36,011 nucleotides of DNA from an uncultured bacterium (GTDB lineage Bacteria > Patescibacteriota > Microgenomatia > UBA8517). Within the stretch, counting starts at the first letter, position 1. Each line of letters begins with the position of its first letter. Position numbers and translations under genes: made by a program. Below, piece by piece: positions 25,616-32,901 of this stretch. The stretch lies in NCBI GenBank assembly GCA_937928235.1, contig CALEZE010000008.1:1-36011 (forward strand), read 5' to 3'. The notes under the pieces were generated by a model that did not search any database, was not told where the DNA came from, and worked only from the letters and a program-made list of their open reading frames with translations.

Positions 25616-27508
25616 TTAAAGTTTGATATCAGTTATACCGCCAAGCGTAAGTCTGGTTAATGCTGAAAGGAAATAAGCATCGTCCATCCTATTAATAATT
25701 TCGCCCAATCTGTCAACAGGCCATAAAACAATCCCCTCTGGAGTTTCATAGTCTTCCCCAACATTAAGAGGTGGGAAAATTTTGTCCGCAACATCAACTA
25801 CGATTGCATAGAGGAATGGGTGGTTATTAGTCATACCAGGGTCTGGCATTACTCTCCCCAGTCCAATTATTTCTCCAACCTTCATAGATTCGTTACCCTC
25901 ATGAATACCAAGTTCTTCCTCCAACTTTCTTGTAATAAGTTCGAATATCGATTCGTTTAGCTTTGGGAAACCTCCAACAATGTCGTACACCTTGGCGCCA
26001 ACCGGGAACTTATCGTTCTTAATTAAAGCCAAGTGTGTAATTTCTCCTTTGTGTCTGAGAAGAACCAAGAGCTTGGCACCAGATTTTGGCCCCATACCCC
26101 AAGAGTAAAACCCTTCAACCCATTTCTTCTTGTCTTTTTCTACCAGAAACCAGGATGCAACTCCGTAAATCCGATACTTCTTGGGAGCATGTTCTAGTTT
26201 TGCCAACTTCAACTGTTTAACACCGCCTATCTCATCTGGCCTGTTGGCAATGTCCTCAACGAATCCGTGAGTTCGGGGGTTTTCCGCCATTTCCTGCAAC
26301 TTTTCACGAATAGCTTTGCTGGAATTTTTGAACCACTTTCTTGTTTTTAGTTTTTCTCTAACAGACTTAAGTTTCCCAGTTTCCTCAATCATTTTTTCTT
26401 CTAACGGCCCTGTGTCTTTTTCACCCTCTTTTTCAGCATTTTTATAAGAAATCTTCACCTTGCCTGTTTCTCGATCTAAAGACATAAATGCGTAAACCTT
26501 TTTCCCGCCATTCGAAAGTGGAGCGCGCCGGGTGAGTAGAGGTCTCCACCAGTCCTCATGTTTTCTATACCAATCAATGGTGTCTTCCAGTCCTTCGTCA
26601 AAGTTTTCTCTCGAGACTTGGGGTTTCCAACCTAATTCTTTGACTATTTTTGTGGAGTCAATAGCGTACCGCCTGTCATTACTGTGTCTGTCCGGAACAT
26701 ACTTTATCCAGCTTTCGTCTTTACCGTAAAGCTCAACCACCTTTTCGGCAATCACCCTATTTGGAACATCGTTGTCGGAACCAACCAGGTATGTCTCGCC
26801 TTTTACACCTTTTTCCAGAATAAGATCAACTGCCCTCGCGTGATCTTCCGTGTGAATCCAGTCTCGCACATGTTGTCCGTCTCCATGAACCGGAACTTTG
26901 TAACCATCAATTAAGTTTGTGACAACAATCGGCACAAATTTTTCTGGGAACTGATAGGGGCCATAGTTGTTTGAACAGTTAGAGATGGTTATATGCATCT
27001 CGGGATTTTTTTCGGCAAATTCTCTAACAAACCTATCTGCTTCAGCCTTTGAAATGGCGTACAAATTGTCAGGGCGGGGGGCATATGGGGTTCTTTCGCT
27101 AAACCTTTCTTTTGAGTCCAGTGTCAGCTCACCATAAACCTCGTCTGTTGAAACATGATGGAACCTAGGGACCTTGGCTTTCTTGGCTTCCTCAAGAAGA
27201 ACCTTTGTGCCCTTAACATTAGTGCTCCAAAAGGTTGCGGGGTCAAAAATACTTCTGTCCACATGGCTCTCGGCTGCGAAGTGAACCACAATGTCGATAC
27301 CCTTCATGGCGTTTTTGACATCTTCTCTGTTTCTGATGTCTCCCTCTACAAACTCTATCTTTTTCATCACATCTTTGAGGTTGTCCAGGTTCCCAGCAAA
27401 AGTGAGGGCATCTAAAACTCTTATCTTGTCTTTAGGATGATTTTTGAGCCAGTAATAAACGAAGTTAGAACCAATAAAGCCGGCTCCACCTGTAATTAAA
27501 ATCTTCAT
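25616..27508 (-). CDS. rmlB: dTDP-glucose 4,6-dehydratase (residues ~1-325) fused to a ~300-aa extension ending in a Nudix hydrolase domain
   Basis: N-terminal half: ILITGGAGFIGSNF, HVSTDEVYG and YAISKAEAD (RmlB signatures). C-terminal half: residues 513-535, GFPKLNESIFELITRKLEEELGI (nt 25904..25972), fit the Nudix box Gx5Ex7REUxEExGU with only RE replaced by RK. PDPGMTNNHPFLYA follows, as in ADP-ribose/NDP-sugar pyrophosphatases. Lys/Glu-rich linker; single uninterrupted 630-codon frame. Confidence 0.75.
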   Translation of the reverse strand: MKILITGGAGFIGSNFVYYWLKNHPKDKIRVLDALTFAGNLDNLKDVMKKIEFVEGDIRNREDVKNAMKGIDIVVHFAAESHVDRSIFDPATFWSTNVKGTKVLLEEAKKAKVPRFHHVSTDEVYGELTLDSKERFSERTPYAPRPDNLYAISKAEADRFVREFAEKNPEMHITISNCSNNYGPYQFPEKFVPIVVTNLIDGYKVPVHGDGQHVRDWIHTEDHARAVDLILEKGVKGETYLVGSDNDVPNRVIAEKVVELYGKDESWIKYVPDRHSNDRRYAIDSTKIVKELGWKPQVSRENFDEGLEDTIDWYRKHEDWWRPLLTRRAPLSNGGKKVYAFMSLDRETGKVKISYKNAEKEGEKDTGPLEEKMIEETGKLKSVREKLKTRKWFKNSSKAIREKLQEMAENPRTHGFVEDIANRPDEIGGVKQLKLAKLEHAPKKYRIYGVASWFLVEKDKKKWVEGFYSWGMGPKSGAKLLVLLRHKGEITHLALIKNDKFPVGAKVYDIVGGFPKLNESIFELITRKLEEELGIHEGNESMKVGEIIGLGRVMPDPGMTNNHPFLYAIVVDVADKIFPPLNVGEDYETPEGIVLWPVDRLGEIINRMDDAYFLSALTRLTLGGITDIKL

Positions 27509-27570
27509 AATGTAGCTTTAACCGCTTCGCGCAAGAAGCCTGCTCCACCTGTAACTAGAATTTTACTCAT
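27505..27570 (-). pseudogene. 21-codon relic of an SDR/RmlB 5' end ([21 protein letters not shown]), whose stop overlaps the rmlB ATG
   Basis: The reverse strand reads ATGAGTAAAATTCTAGTTACAGGTGGAGCAGGCTTC... TTACAGGTGGAGCAGGCTTC matches the rmlB 5' segment TTACAGGTGGAGCCGGCTTT at 18/20 positions. The frame ends in a TGA sharing bases with the rmlB ATG (27508..27506). Confidence 0.5.
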
Positions 27571-27590
27571 GATTTGTTTCGGAGGTTTTA

Positions 27591-27619
27591 ATTATACTAC
27601 AACCTATCCAATATTCCAA
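27591..27619 (-). promoter_or_regulatory. Sigma70-like promoter upstream of the relic ORF / rmlB operon
   Basis: On the minus strand: TTGGAA (27619..27614), 17 nt, TATAAT (27596..27591), about 20 nt upstream of the relic ATG. Confidence 0.45.
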
Positions 27620-27632
27620 TATTATAAGATAT

Positions 27633-28151
27633 TTAGGCATGTTTGTCGGCTACTGAGGATGCTCCCCAGCTTTCAGGCTTTGTTTTCGCAGTATAGCCAT
27701 TTCCGTTGACCATTCCAACAACCTCTTTAATCATCTCTCTTGTTGGGCCAAGGGCACCCACATCAATATGGATTTCAAGATCATATTTAGCAGCACTCAC
27801 AGCCCGTCTTAGTTGTGGAACAATTTGCTCAGCTAGCGCCAAAGACATCTGTGTTTCTGTGTATATTTTATCTCTCAAGATTGGTTTCTTGATGGTTCTA
27901 ATTTTTCTCCAAAAATACTTTGCTCCATAACCTTTTCTGTGAACAATGACGGCGGTTACAAAATCAATCTCCGCCTTTCCGTTTAGGCCTCTAGTTTGCG
28001 AATCAGTGCCAATGACAAGCCTGTAAAAACTGCTTGGCTCTTTCTCTACAAAAGCAGAAATCCCGGCTATCATTTCCGGGATTGTAACTTTTCCCTTAGT
28101 GGGACTTATAAATGTATCTTGTGTCTTCACCGGCTGGATTATATCACGCAA
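27633..28151 (-). CDS. YkuK/DUF458-family RNase H-fold protein (function unknown)
   Basis: FISPTKGKVTIPEMIAGISAFV...YRLVIGTDSQ...DFVTAVIVHRKGYGAKYFW follows the YkuK pattern (..iGtDSq...fvtaiv.hr.gkGa.yf). TTG start at 28151 with GAGGG 9 nt upstream. Confidence 0.55.
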   Translation of the reverse strand: MRDIIQPVKTQDTFISPTKGKVTIPEMIAGISAFVEKEPSSFYRLVIGTDSQTRGLNGKAEIDFVTAVIVHRKGYGAKYFWRKIRTIKKPILRDKIYTETQMSLALAEQIVPQLRRAVSAAKYDLEIHIDVGALGPTREMIKEVVGMVNGNGYTAKTKPESWGASSVADKHA

Positions 28152-28182
28152 GAAGAAGTGCCCTCAAACAAAAATAGCGGAA

Positions 28183-29088
28183 TTAGTTTTCCTCTTGAGC
28201 TGCCAGAAGTTCTGTGAGGTACTTTCTAAATTCACCATTAACTCCTTTGTGTTTTAGTGCAAATTCTACAACCGTCTTTAGATATTCCAGCTTGTTTCCG
28301 GTGTCATAATACTTGCCTCCCTTGACCTCTATTGCTTTTATCTCTTTCCCGTCTTCCAACATCAGTTTTAATGCATCGTTGTAATAAAGCTCATCACCCT
28401 CCTCAAGTTTTTCGTAAGCCGTATCTATGTATTTAAAAATATCGGGAGTAAAGAGGGATGCTGAAACCGTCGCTAAATCAGAAGGTGCGTTCTCTTTCCC
28501 TGGTTTTTCTATAATCGTGTCAACATCAATAACTCCTTCCTCAACTTCTTTCCCACTTGCAAAACCGTATCTATCATAATCCTCATCCGCTCGGGCCCTA
28601 ACTCCACCCAAACAAGTTACGCCATACTTTTCGTATGCGTCGACCAGCTGCTTAAAGCGGCTGGGTTGTGCAACAATGAAGTCGTCGCTAAAAGTGTAAA
28701 TGAAAGGCTCGTCTCCAACCAAGTGTTTTACATTAAGCATTGGGGTGCCATTGCCGTACGGGCCTTTTTGCCTAACATAGACAAAGTTCGCCATATTGGA
28801 AATTTTTTCTACTTCTTCAAGAAGGGGTTTTTTCTTCTCTCCACCCATTTTCAGATTTTCAATGAGGTCGAGGTTGGGAGCATCGAAGTGGTCTTCTATG
28901 GTTCTCTTGTGATAGCCCGTAACCATAATAATTTCCTCAATTCCGGCACCCACTAGTTCCTCGACAATGTATTGGATAATCGGCTTATCAACAATGGGGA
29001 GCATCTCTTTAGGCATAGCTTTGGTTTGGGGAAGAAACCTTGTACCAAAACCAGCTGCTGGAACTACTGCTTTTCTTACTTTAGCCAT
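28183..29088 (-). CDS. galU: UTP--glucose-1-phosphate uridylyltransferase
   Basis: KAVVPAAGFGTRFLPQTKAMPKEMLPIVDKPIIQYIVEE, the canonical GalU N-terminus. 301 aa. Confidence 0.85.
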   Translation of the reverse strand: MAKVRKAVVPAAGFGTRFLPQTKAMPKEMLPIVDKPIIQYIVEELVGAGIEEIIMVTGYHKRTIEDHFDAPNLDLIENLKMGGEKKKPLLEEVEKISNMANFVYVRQKGPYGNGTPMLNVKHLVGDEPFIYTFSDDFIVAQPSRFKQLVDAYEKYGVTCLGGVRARADEDYDRYGFASGKEVEEGVIDVDTIIEKPGKENAPSDLATVSASLFTPDIFKYIDTAYEKLEEGDELYYNDALKLMLEDGKEIKAIEVKGGKYYDTGNKLEYLKTVVEFALKHKGVNGEFRKYLTELLAAQEEN

Positions 29089-29117
29089 ATAAAAAACCGG
29101 CCGAAACCGTGTAAAAA

Positions 29118-29146
29118 AGTATACTTTTGTGAAATTCCAAAATCAA
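29118..29146 (-). promoter_or_regulatory. Sigma70-like promoter upstream of galU
   Basis: On the minus strand: TTGATT (29146..29141), 17 nt, TATACT (29123..29118). Confidence 0.4.
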
Positions 29147-29158
29147 GTTATTTGGTGA

Positions 29159-29419
29159 TTAAGTCCTAAAAATCAAAGAAAGCGCTACAAGTAAACCAAG
29201 TGCTGCAATTAATACATATTCGATAACAACCGCAGTTTCTAAGTCCCCATGAATTTTGTGGTGAACTATGCCCCACACAACATAGGAAACAGCAACCCCT
29301 ATCGCTATCGCGGCCTGGAAAAGTCTGTCATAGGAAAAAAGCCAAAATCCGACAAACCCAAAGATCAGAATTCCCATAAGACTAAAATAGTGAGGAAAAT
29401 GTCTTGAAATGTGTTTCAT
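29159..29419 (-). CDS. Small 3-TM membrane protein (hypothetical)
   Basis: 86 aa with three hydrophobic helices and a His-rich loop (VHHKIHGD). Its start shares one nt with the stop of the CAP-domain gene. Confidence 0.4.
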   Translation of the reverse strand: MKHISRHFPHYFSLMGILIFGFVGFWLFSYDRLFQAAIAIGVAVSYVVWGIVHHKIHGDLETAVVIEYVLIAALGLLVALSLIFRT

Positions 29420-30354
29420 TAAAGTATTTGTCCTGCCTTTAAAATTATCGCCAAAGTTATAATCATCCCCAAAAATGATAGGTGGGCAAAGGTCCTTCCT
29501 CCAATTCTTCTTATGCGGCGTCTAGAAACAAGTGCTGCATCAACTATCATTATTACAAAAAGTAAACCAACCACTGCAAGAGACACGCCTTTTGTTGTTG
29601 TGAACGGTGAAACCAAGACTTGCCCTTCAACAGTACCTATGGCGGTAACTGGCGAGGGCTCTGCCTGTGCAACTTCGGGTGCTTCCACAGGCTGTGGTGT
29701 AGGTTCTAATGTTGGTTGTGGAATTTCCGGAACTACTTCTTCAATGGGTGGCACCTGAGCAACTGCTTGTGGGATGGTATCTGCATATCTCGTTCCAAAG
29801 AACTGAACTATTATTGTTGTGTCTACCCCCGCCAGATTTCCTTCAACCACTCCGATACCTATCTCGTCATATTTGTCGGAAAGCATGTTGTCACGGTGTG
29901 TGGGAGACGCCATCCAAGCTTCAACCGCCGCAGAAGGGTTGGAAAAGTCGCGTGCCAAGTTTTCTCCTGCATAGTGATAACGGTACCCCGCGTTTAAGAA
30001 AAAGGCCCAGGGCTGGGTTCCGTCCGGTGCTACATGTGCCCAGTACCCTTTTGTTAACATGTCAGCCCCTTTGGCTTGGGCTGCTTGAGAAAGGGTAGAA
30101 TTTTCCTCCAACGGATTAAGACCAGCGTCTATTCTTTTCTGATTAGTTAGCGCAACCACCTCTGTCGGAGAAATGTTCGCCGCATATCCAAGCACGCGCC
30201 CCATTGGTGTCGTAGTCACGACATACAAACCAACCTGGACCGCGACCAAAAGAATCTTTAGAGCAACAAGAGATGTTGGATGAAGAATCTTTGCCCGGTG
30301 ATTATTGCTCTCATGGGGAATAAAAAAATGTCTAATTGTGGCAAGCAGGCTCAT
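29419..30354 (-). CDS. Membrane-anchored CAP/SCP/PR-1 (YkwD-like) domain protein with a Pro-rich linker and C-terminal TM helices
   Basis: NQKRIDAGLNPL...LSQAAQAKGADML...GYWAH...AGENLA...AVEAWMASPTHRDNML...IGIGV are CAP-domain motifs. N-terminal TM helix and a PQPTLEPTPQPVEAPEVAQAEP linker. Confidence 0.65.
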   Translation of the reverse strand: MSLLATIRHFFIPHESNNHRAKILHPTSLVALKILLVAVQVGLYVVTTTPMGRVLGYAANISPTEVVALTNQKRIDAGLNPLEENSTLSQAAQAKGADMLTKGYWAHVAPDGTQPWAFFLNAGYRYHYAGENLARDFSNPSAAVEAWMASPTHRDNMLSDKYDEIGIGVVEGNLAGVDTTIIVQFFGTRYADTIPQAVAQVPPIEEVVPEIPQPTLEPTPQPVEAPEVAQAEPSPVTAIGTVEGQVLVSPFTTTKGVSLAVVGLLFVIMIVDAALVSRRRIRRIGGRTFAHLSFLGMIITLAIILKAGQIL

Positions 30355-30411
30355 TACCCAATATTACTCGCTATGAGTAGTTTCACGCAAGAAACTGGCT
30401 TTGAAGTCAAC

Positions 30412-32772
30412 TTATTTATTTCTTCGGCCTTTCAGTAAAACCAAGAAAATAGTCGTTCCAGCTAGTAAAACAGTGACCCATACCCAACTTTTCGATCGAG
30501 AGCCGTCTGAATCCACAGACATCTCAACGCCTTCATTTTCGTCTTCAGCTTGAGTCTCTTCTCCCAAGACTTCACCGCCACCTTCGTCTTCACTAGCCTC
30601 CACTAGCGTAGGTGATAGAAAAGTTAACAGCGGCTCCAAAAACAAATCCACAGAAGTGGAAATCCCAGCAACAGCACCACCTCCTGTTGACGAAGGTGCT
30701 CCGGCATAGGTCAGTGTCTTAAAAGTTTTCTCAAAACCAACGGCTATGGGTGAACCTTCAGAGATCGTTCTGAAATAATAAAGTGTTCCATCAGAAAGAC
30801 CAGTAATAATCACTGTATGGTTAGTTGTCTTTACTAAGGAGTCAAAGGTAGATGTGGAAAAAGCATATCCGTAGTTCGGTGCCGAACCCAACGCTGATTG
30901 TGAAACTGTGTCGTAAACAACACGACTTGAAGTTGGCTTGTCCGTTGTCCAAGTTATCACAGCAGTTGTTTGGCTAGGCGTTGCCGAAAGCTCTCCTGAA
31001 ACAACCGCTGCCAAGTCAACACTTACCTCTGTAGATGTAAATTCGTTCCCCGCACCATCAGTTACAATAATCCGTAAAATGTATGTGTCCAGGTCTAGAC
31101 TCGAAGTGTCCCAATTTGCAGAAAACGGACTCGTCAACGAAGTTTCTATGTCGTGGAATGTGTCAACACCGTCGTCTCTTTTATATTGAAAAAGAACGGA
31201 GGAAACACCGCTTAGGCTGTCACTTGCATCAGCAGTGACTACAACAAAACCAGAGACTGTTTCGCCACCAGAATGAGAGGTTATCGAGCCGGTTGGAGCT
31301 GTTGTATCCACAACGAAAGGCCCAGAATGAACAGTGGATGTCCAGTTGCCAGCATTGTCTACAGTCCTTAGGTGGAAATACCATGTGCCATCCGTTAAAG
31401 AAGTACTGGTGATACCTGTTGCAGTCTCCTCCAAATCTTTTGTGTTATCAGGAACATCAGTCGCACCATTCGAAAATTCGTATGAGTACCCGTCAACACC
31501 AGAAGTTGCATCAGTTGCTCCGGGGATTGAACCTGCCACTGTCCATACCATATCTATCGTTGTGTCGTTTTTGGGGGCCGTATGGCTTGTAGTGCTCACA
31601 TCTGTTGGGTCGGTGGGAAAAGTTTCATCAAGAACAATAGTATCGCTAATAATTCCCTCGCTTTGATTCCCTGCCCCATCGGTAAATCGTACACTTACTG
31701 TATATTCACCATCACCATTTTCTGGAAGCGTGTAGGCATATGGGGTTACATAGGTTATTGGGGACTGAAAACTTCCGACCATTCCGTTTCTCAACTCCAT
31801 AGTCACAACATCGCTTGATGTACCAGGGAAACTTAAAGATACGCTTCTTGAGTTTGTATAGGTCGCCCCTGAGTCGATAGAAATTGAACCTACCGGTTTT
31901 TCTGTATCTCCCACCGAAACCACCAAACTTCCGTTTCCAGACTGAGCACTAGACCCTGACTGACAGCCGCTGGGTGTTGCAGTGACCGTAAAATTAGATG
32001 ACCCTGTGGGCGTTGTACTACTCGTGCTTAAAGTTAGAGTTGAAGAGACATTTCCACCCGTGCTAACTAGCGAGGCCGGAGAAAAAGATACGACACCAAC
32101 ACCTGTTGGCAGCCCGCTTGCACTTAAGTTGGCAGTACAAGAGTTGCTATTACCATTGAAATTAACGGTCACATTAAAAGTTACATTTTGACCTTTCTCA
32201 ACAGGATTGGGGTTTTGAGTATTTACGGTAACAGTATTTGGTTTTGAATCTAGAAAGGTAGTCGTGGCAACTAAACTGCCGCTTTGGTCAAATAGTTGAA
32301 CTAAATAATTAGGCCTGTATGTGCCATCCAGTTGGTACGCGTAAACAAACCCACCCAGGTTATCTGTTTGTATACTAATGGAACTAGTAACCGCAGGTTC
32401 GTCAGCCGAACTAATAACTAATAAGTATTGGTAATTAGGGCTAAGGTTTTTAGAAGAAATAATTACAATCTCTGTTGGGTAATAGTCTTCTTTGTCGGTG
32501 GTTAGACTAACGACTTCCTGCGTGTCCTCGGCTATATTTTCGGTGACTGGAGAGGTTGTGGAAGCAAGAGCAAGATCGGGTTCTGTTACAACAAATACTA
32601 AAACTTTTTCCTCTGCCACCAGGGGCAATGTTTCTTCATCAACTGTTTCGTGAACTTCCTCCTCGTTTTCGGAGGTAAGCTCTACTTCTTGAGCAAGAAC
32701 TAGGACCGGAAAAACATTCGTCTGGATTAGGAGAAGAATTACAGAAAGAACGCTAAGGGCCTTCCTGAACAT
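30412..32772 (-). CDS. Large secreted Ser/Thr-rich surface protein with Ig-like/FN3-like repeats and a C-terminal TM anchor
   Basis: Signal peptide MFRKALSVLSVILLLIQTNVFPVLVLAQE. Repeated beta-rich modules (e.g. GVDGYSYEFS...WYFHLRTVDNAGNW; TAVITWTTDKPTSSRVVY...TLYYFRTIS). The C-terminal WVWVTVLLAGTTIFLVLLKGRRNK is a TM helix plus basic tail with no LPXTG. Confidence 0.6.
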   Translation of the reverse strand: MFRKALSVLSVILLLIQTNVFPVLVLAQEVELTSENEEEVHETVDEETLPLVAEEKVLVFVVTEPDLALASTTSPVTENIAEDTQEVVSLTTDKEDYYPTEIVIISSKNLSPNYQYLLVISSADEPAVTSSISIQTDNLGGFVYAYQLDGTYRPNYLVQLFDQSGSLVATTTFLDSKPNTVTVNTQNPNPVEKGQNVTFNVTVNFNGNSNSCTANLSASGLPTGVGVVSFSPASLVSTGGNVSSTLTLSTSSTTPTGSSNFTVTATPSGCQSGSSAQSGNGSLVVSVGDTEKPVGSISIDSGATYTNSRSVSLSFPGTSSDVVTMELRNGMVGSFQSPITYVTPYAYTLPENGDGEYTVSVRFTDGAGNQSEGIISDTIVLDETFPTDPTDVSTTSHTAPKNDTTIDMVWTVAGSIPGATDATSGVDGYSYEFSNGATDVPDNTKDLEETATGITSTSLTDGTWYFHLRTVDNAGNWTSTVHSGPFVVDTTAPTGSITSHSGGETVSGFVVVTADASDSLSGVSSVLFQYKRDDGVDTFHDIETSLTSPFSANWDTSSLDLDTYILRIIVTDGAGNEFTSTEVSVDLAAVVSGELSATPSQTTAVITWTTDKPTSSRVVYDTVSQSALGSAPNYGYAFSTSTFDSLVKTTNHTVIITGLSDGTLYYFRTISEGSPIAVGFEKTFKTLTYAGAPSSTGGGAVAGISTSVDLFLEPLLTFLSPTLVEASEDEGGGEVLGEETQAEDENEGVEMSVDSDGSRSKSWVWVTVLLAGTTIFLVLLKGRRNK

Positions 32773-32789
32773 ATGTGTATTTGATTCGA

Positions 32790-32817
32790 AGTATAAGGTT
32801 TATTTAATTGAAGTCAA
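32790..32817 (-). promoter_or_regulatory. Sigma70-like promoter of the surface-protein gene
   Basis: On the minus strand: TTGACT (32817..32812), 16 nt, TATACT (32795..32790), then 17 nt without a Shine-Dalgarno before the ATG at 32772. Confidence 0.45.
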
Positions 32818-32833
32818 TATGGCAAAATGCAAA

Positions 32834-32873
32834 GAAAAACCCTCCGGTGACATTGGCTTAGTCGGCCGGAGGG
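32834..32873 (-). terminator. Rho-independent terminator after the lipoprotein gene
   Basis: On the minus strand, CCCTCCGG (32873..32866) pairs with CCGGAGGG (32847..32840), with an inner GAC/GTC pair, followed by TTTTTCTTTG. The plus strand also has a T-run after the stem, so it may act in both directions. Confidence 0.55.
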
Positions 32874-32901
32874 CTCCTCTTTTTAGTTTCGAAAGCTTAG
32901 C

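Noticed and set aside
29089-29116. Small GC hairpin plus T6 run (ACGGTTTCGGCCGGTTTTTT on the minus strand) as a terminator
   Set aside because: The stem is only about 3-4 bp. The T-run ends 2-3 nt before the galU ATG, downstream of the candidate galU promoter. That position makes no sense for a terminator. At most it is a 5'-UTR structure.
30412-32772. Sortase (LPXTG) or PGF-CTERM-type sorting signal in the surface protein, and N-glycosylation by a PglB/AglB-type oligosaccharyltransferase
   Set aside because: No LPXTG- or PGF-like motif precedes the C-terminal TM helix. None of the membrane proteins in the window shows a WWDYG-type OST motif. The WWPDY strings are in cytoplasmic GT2s.
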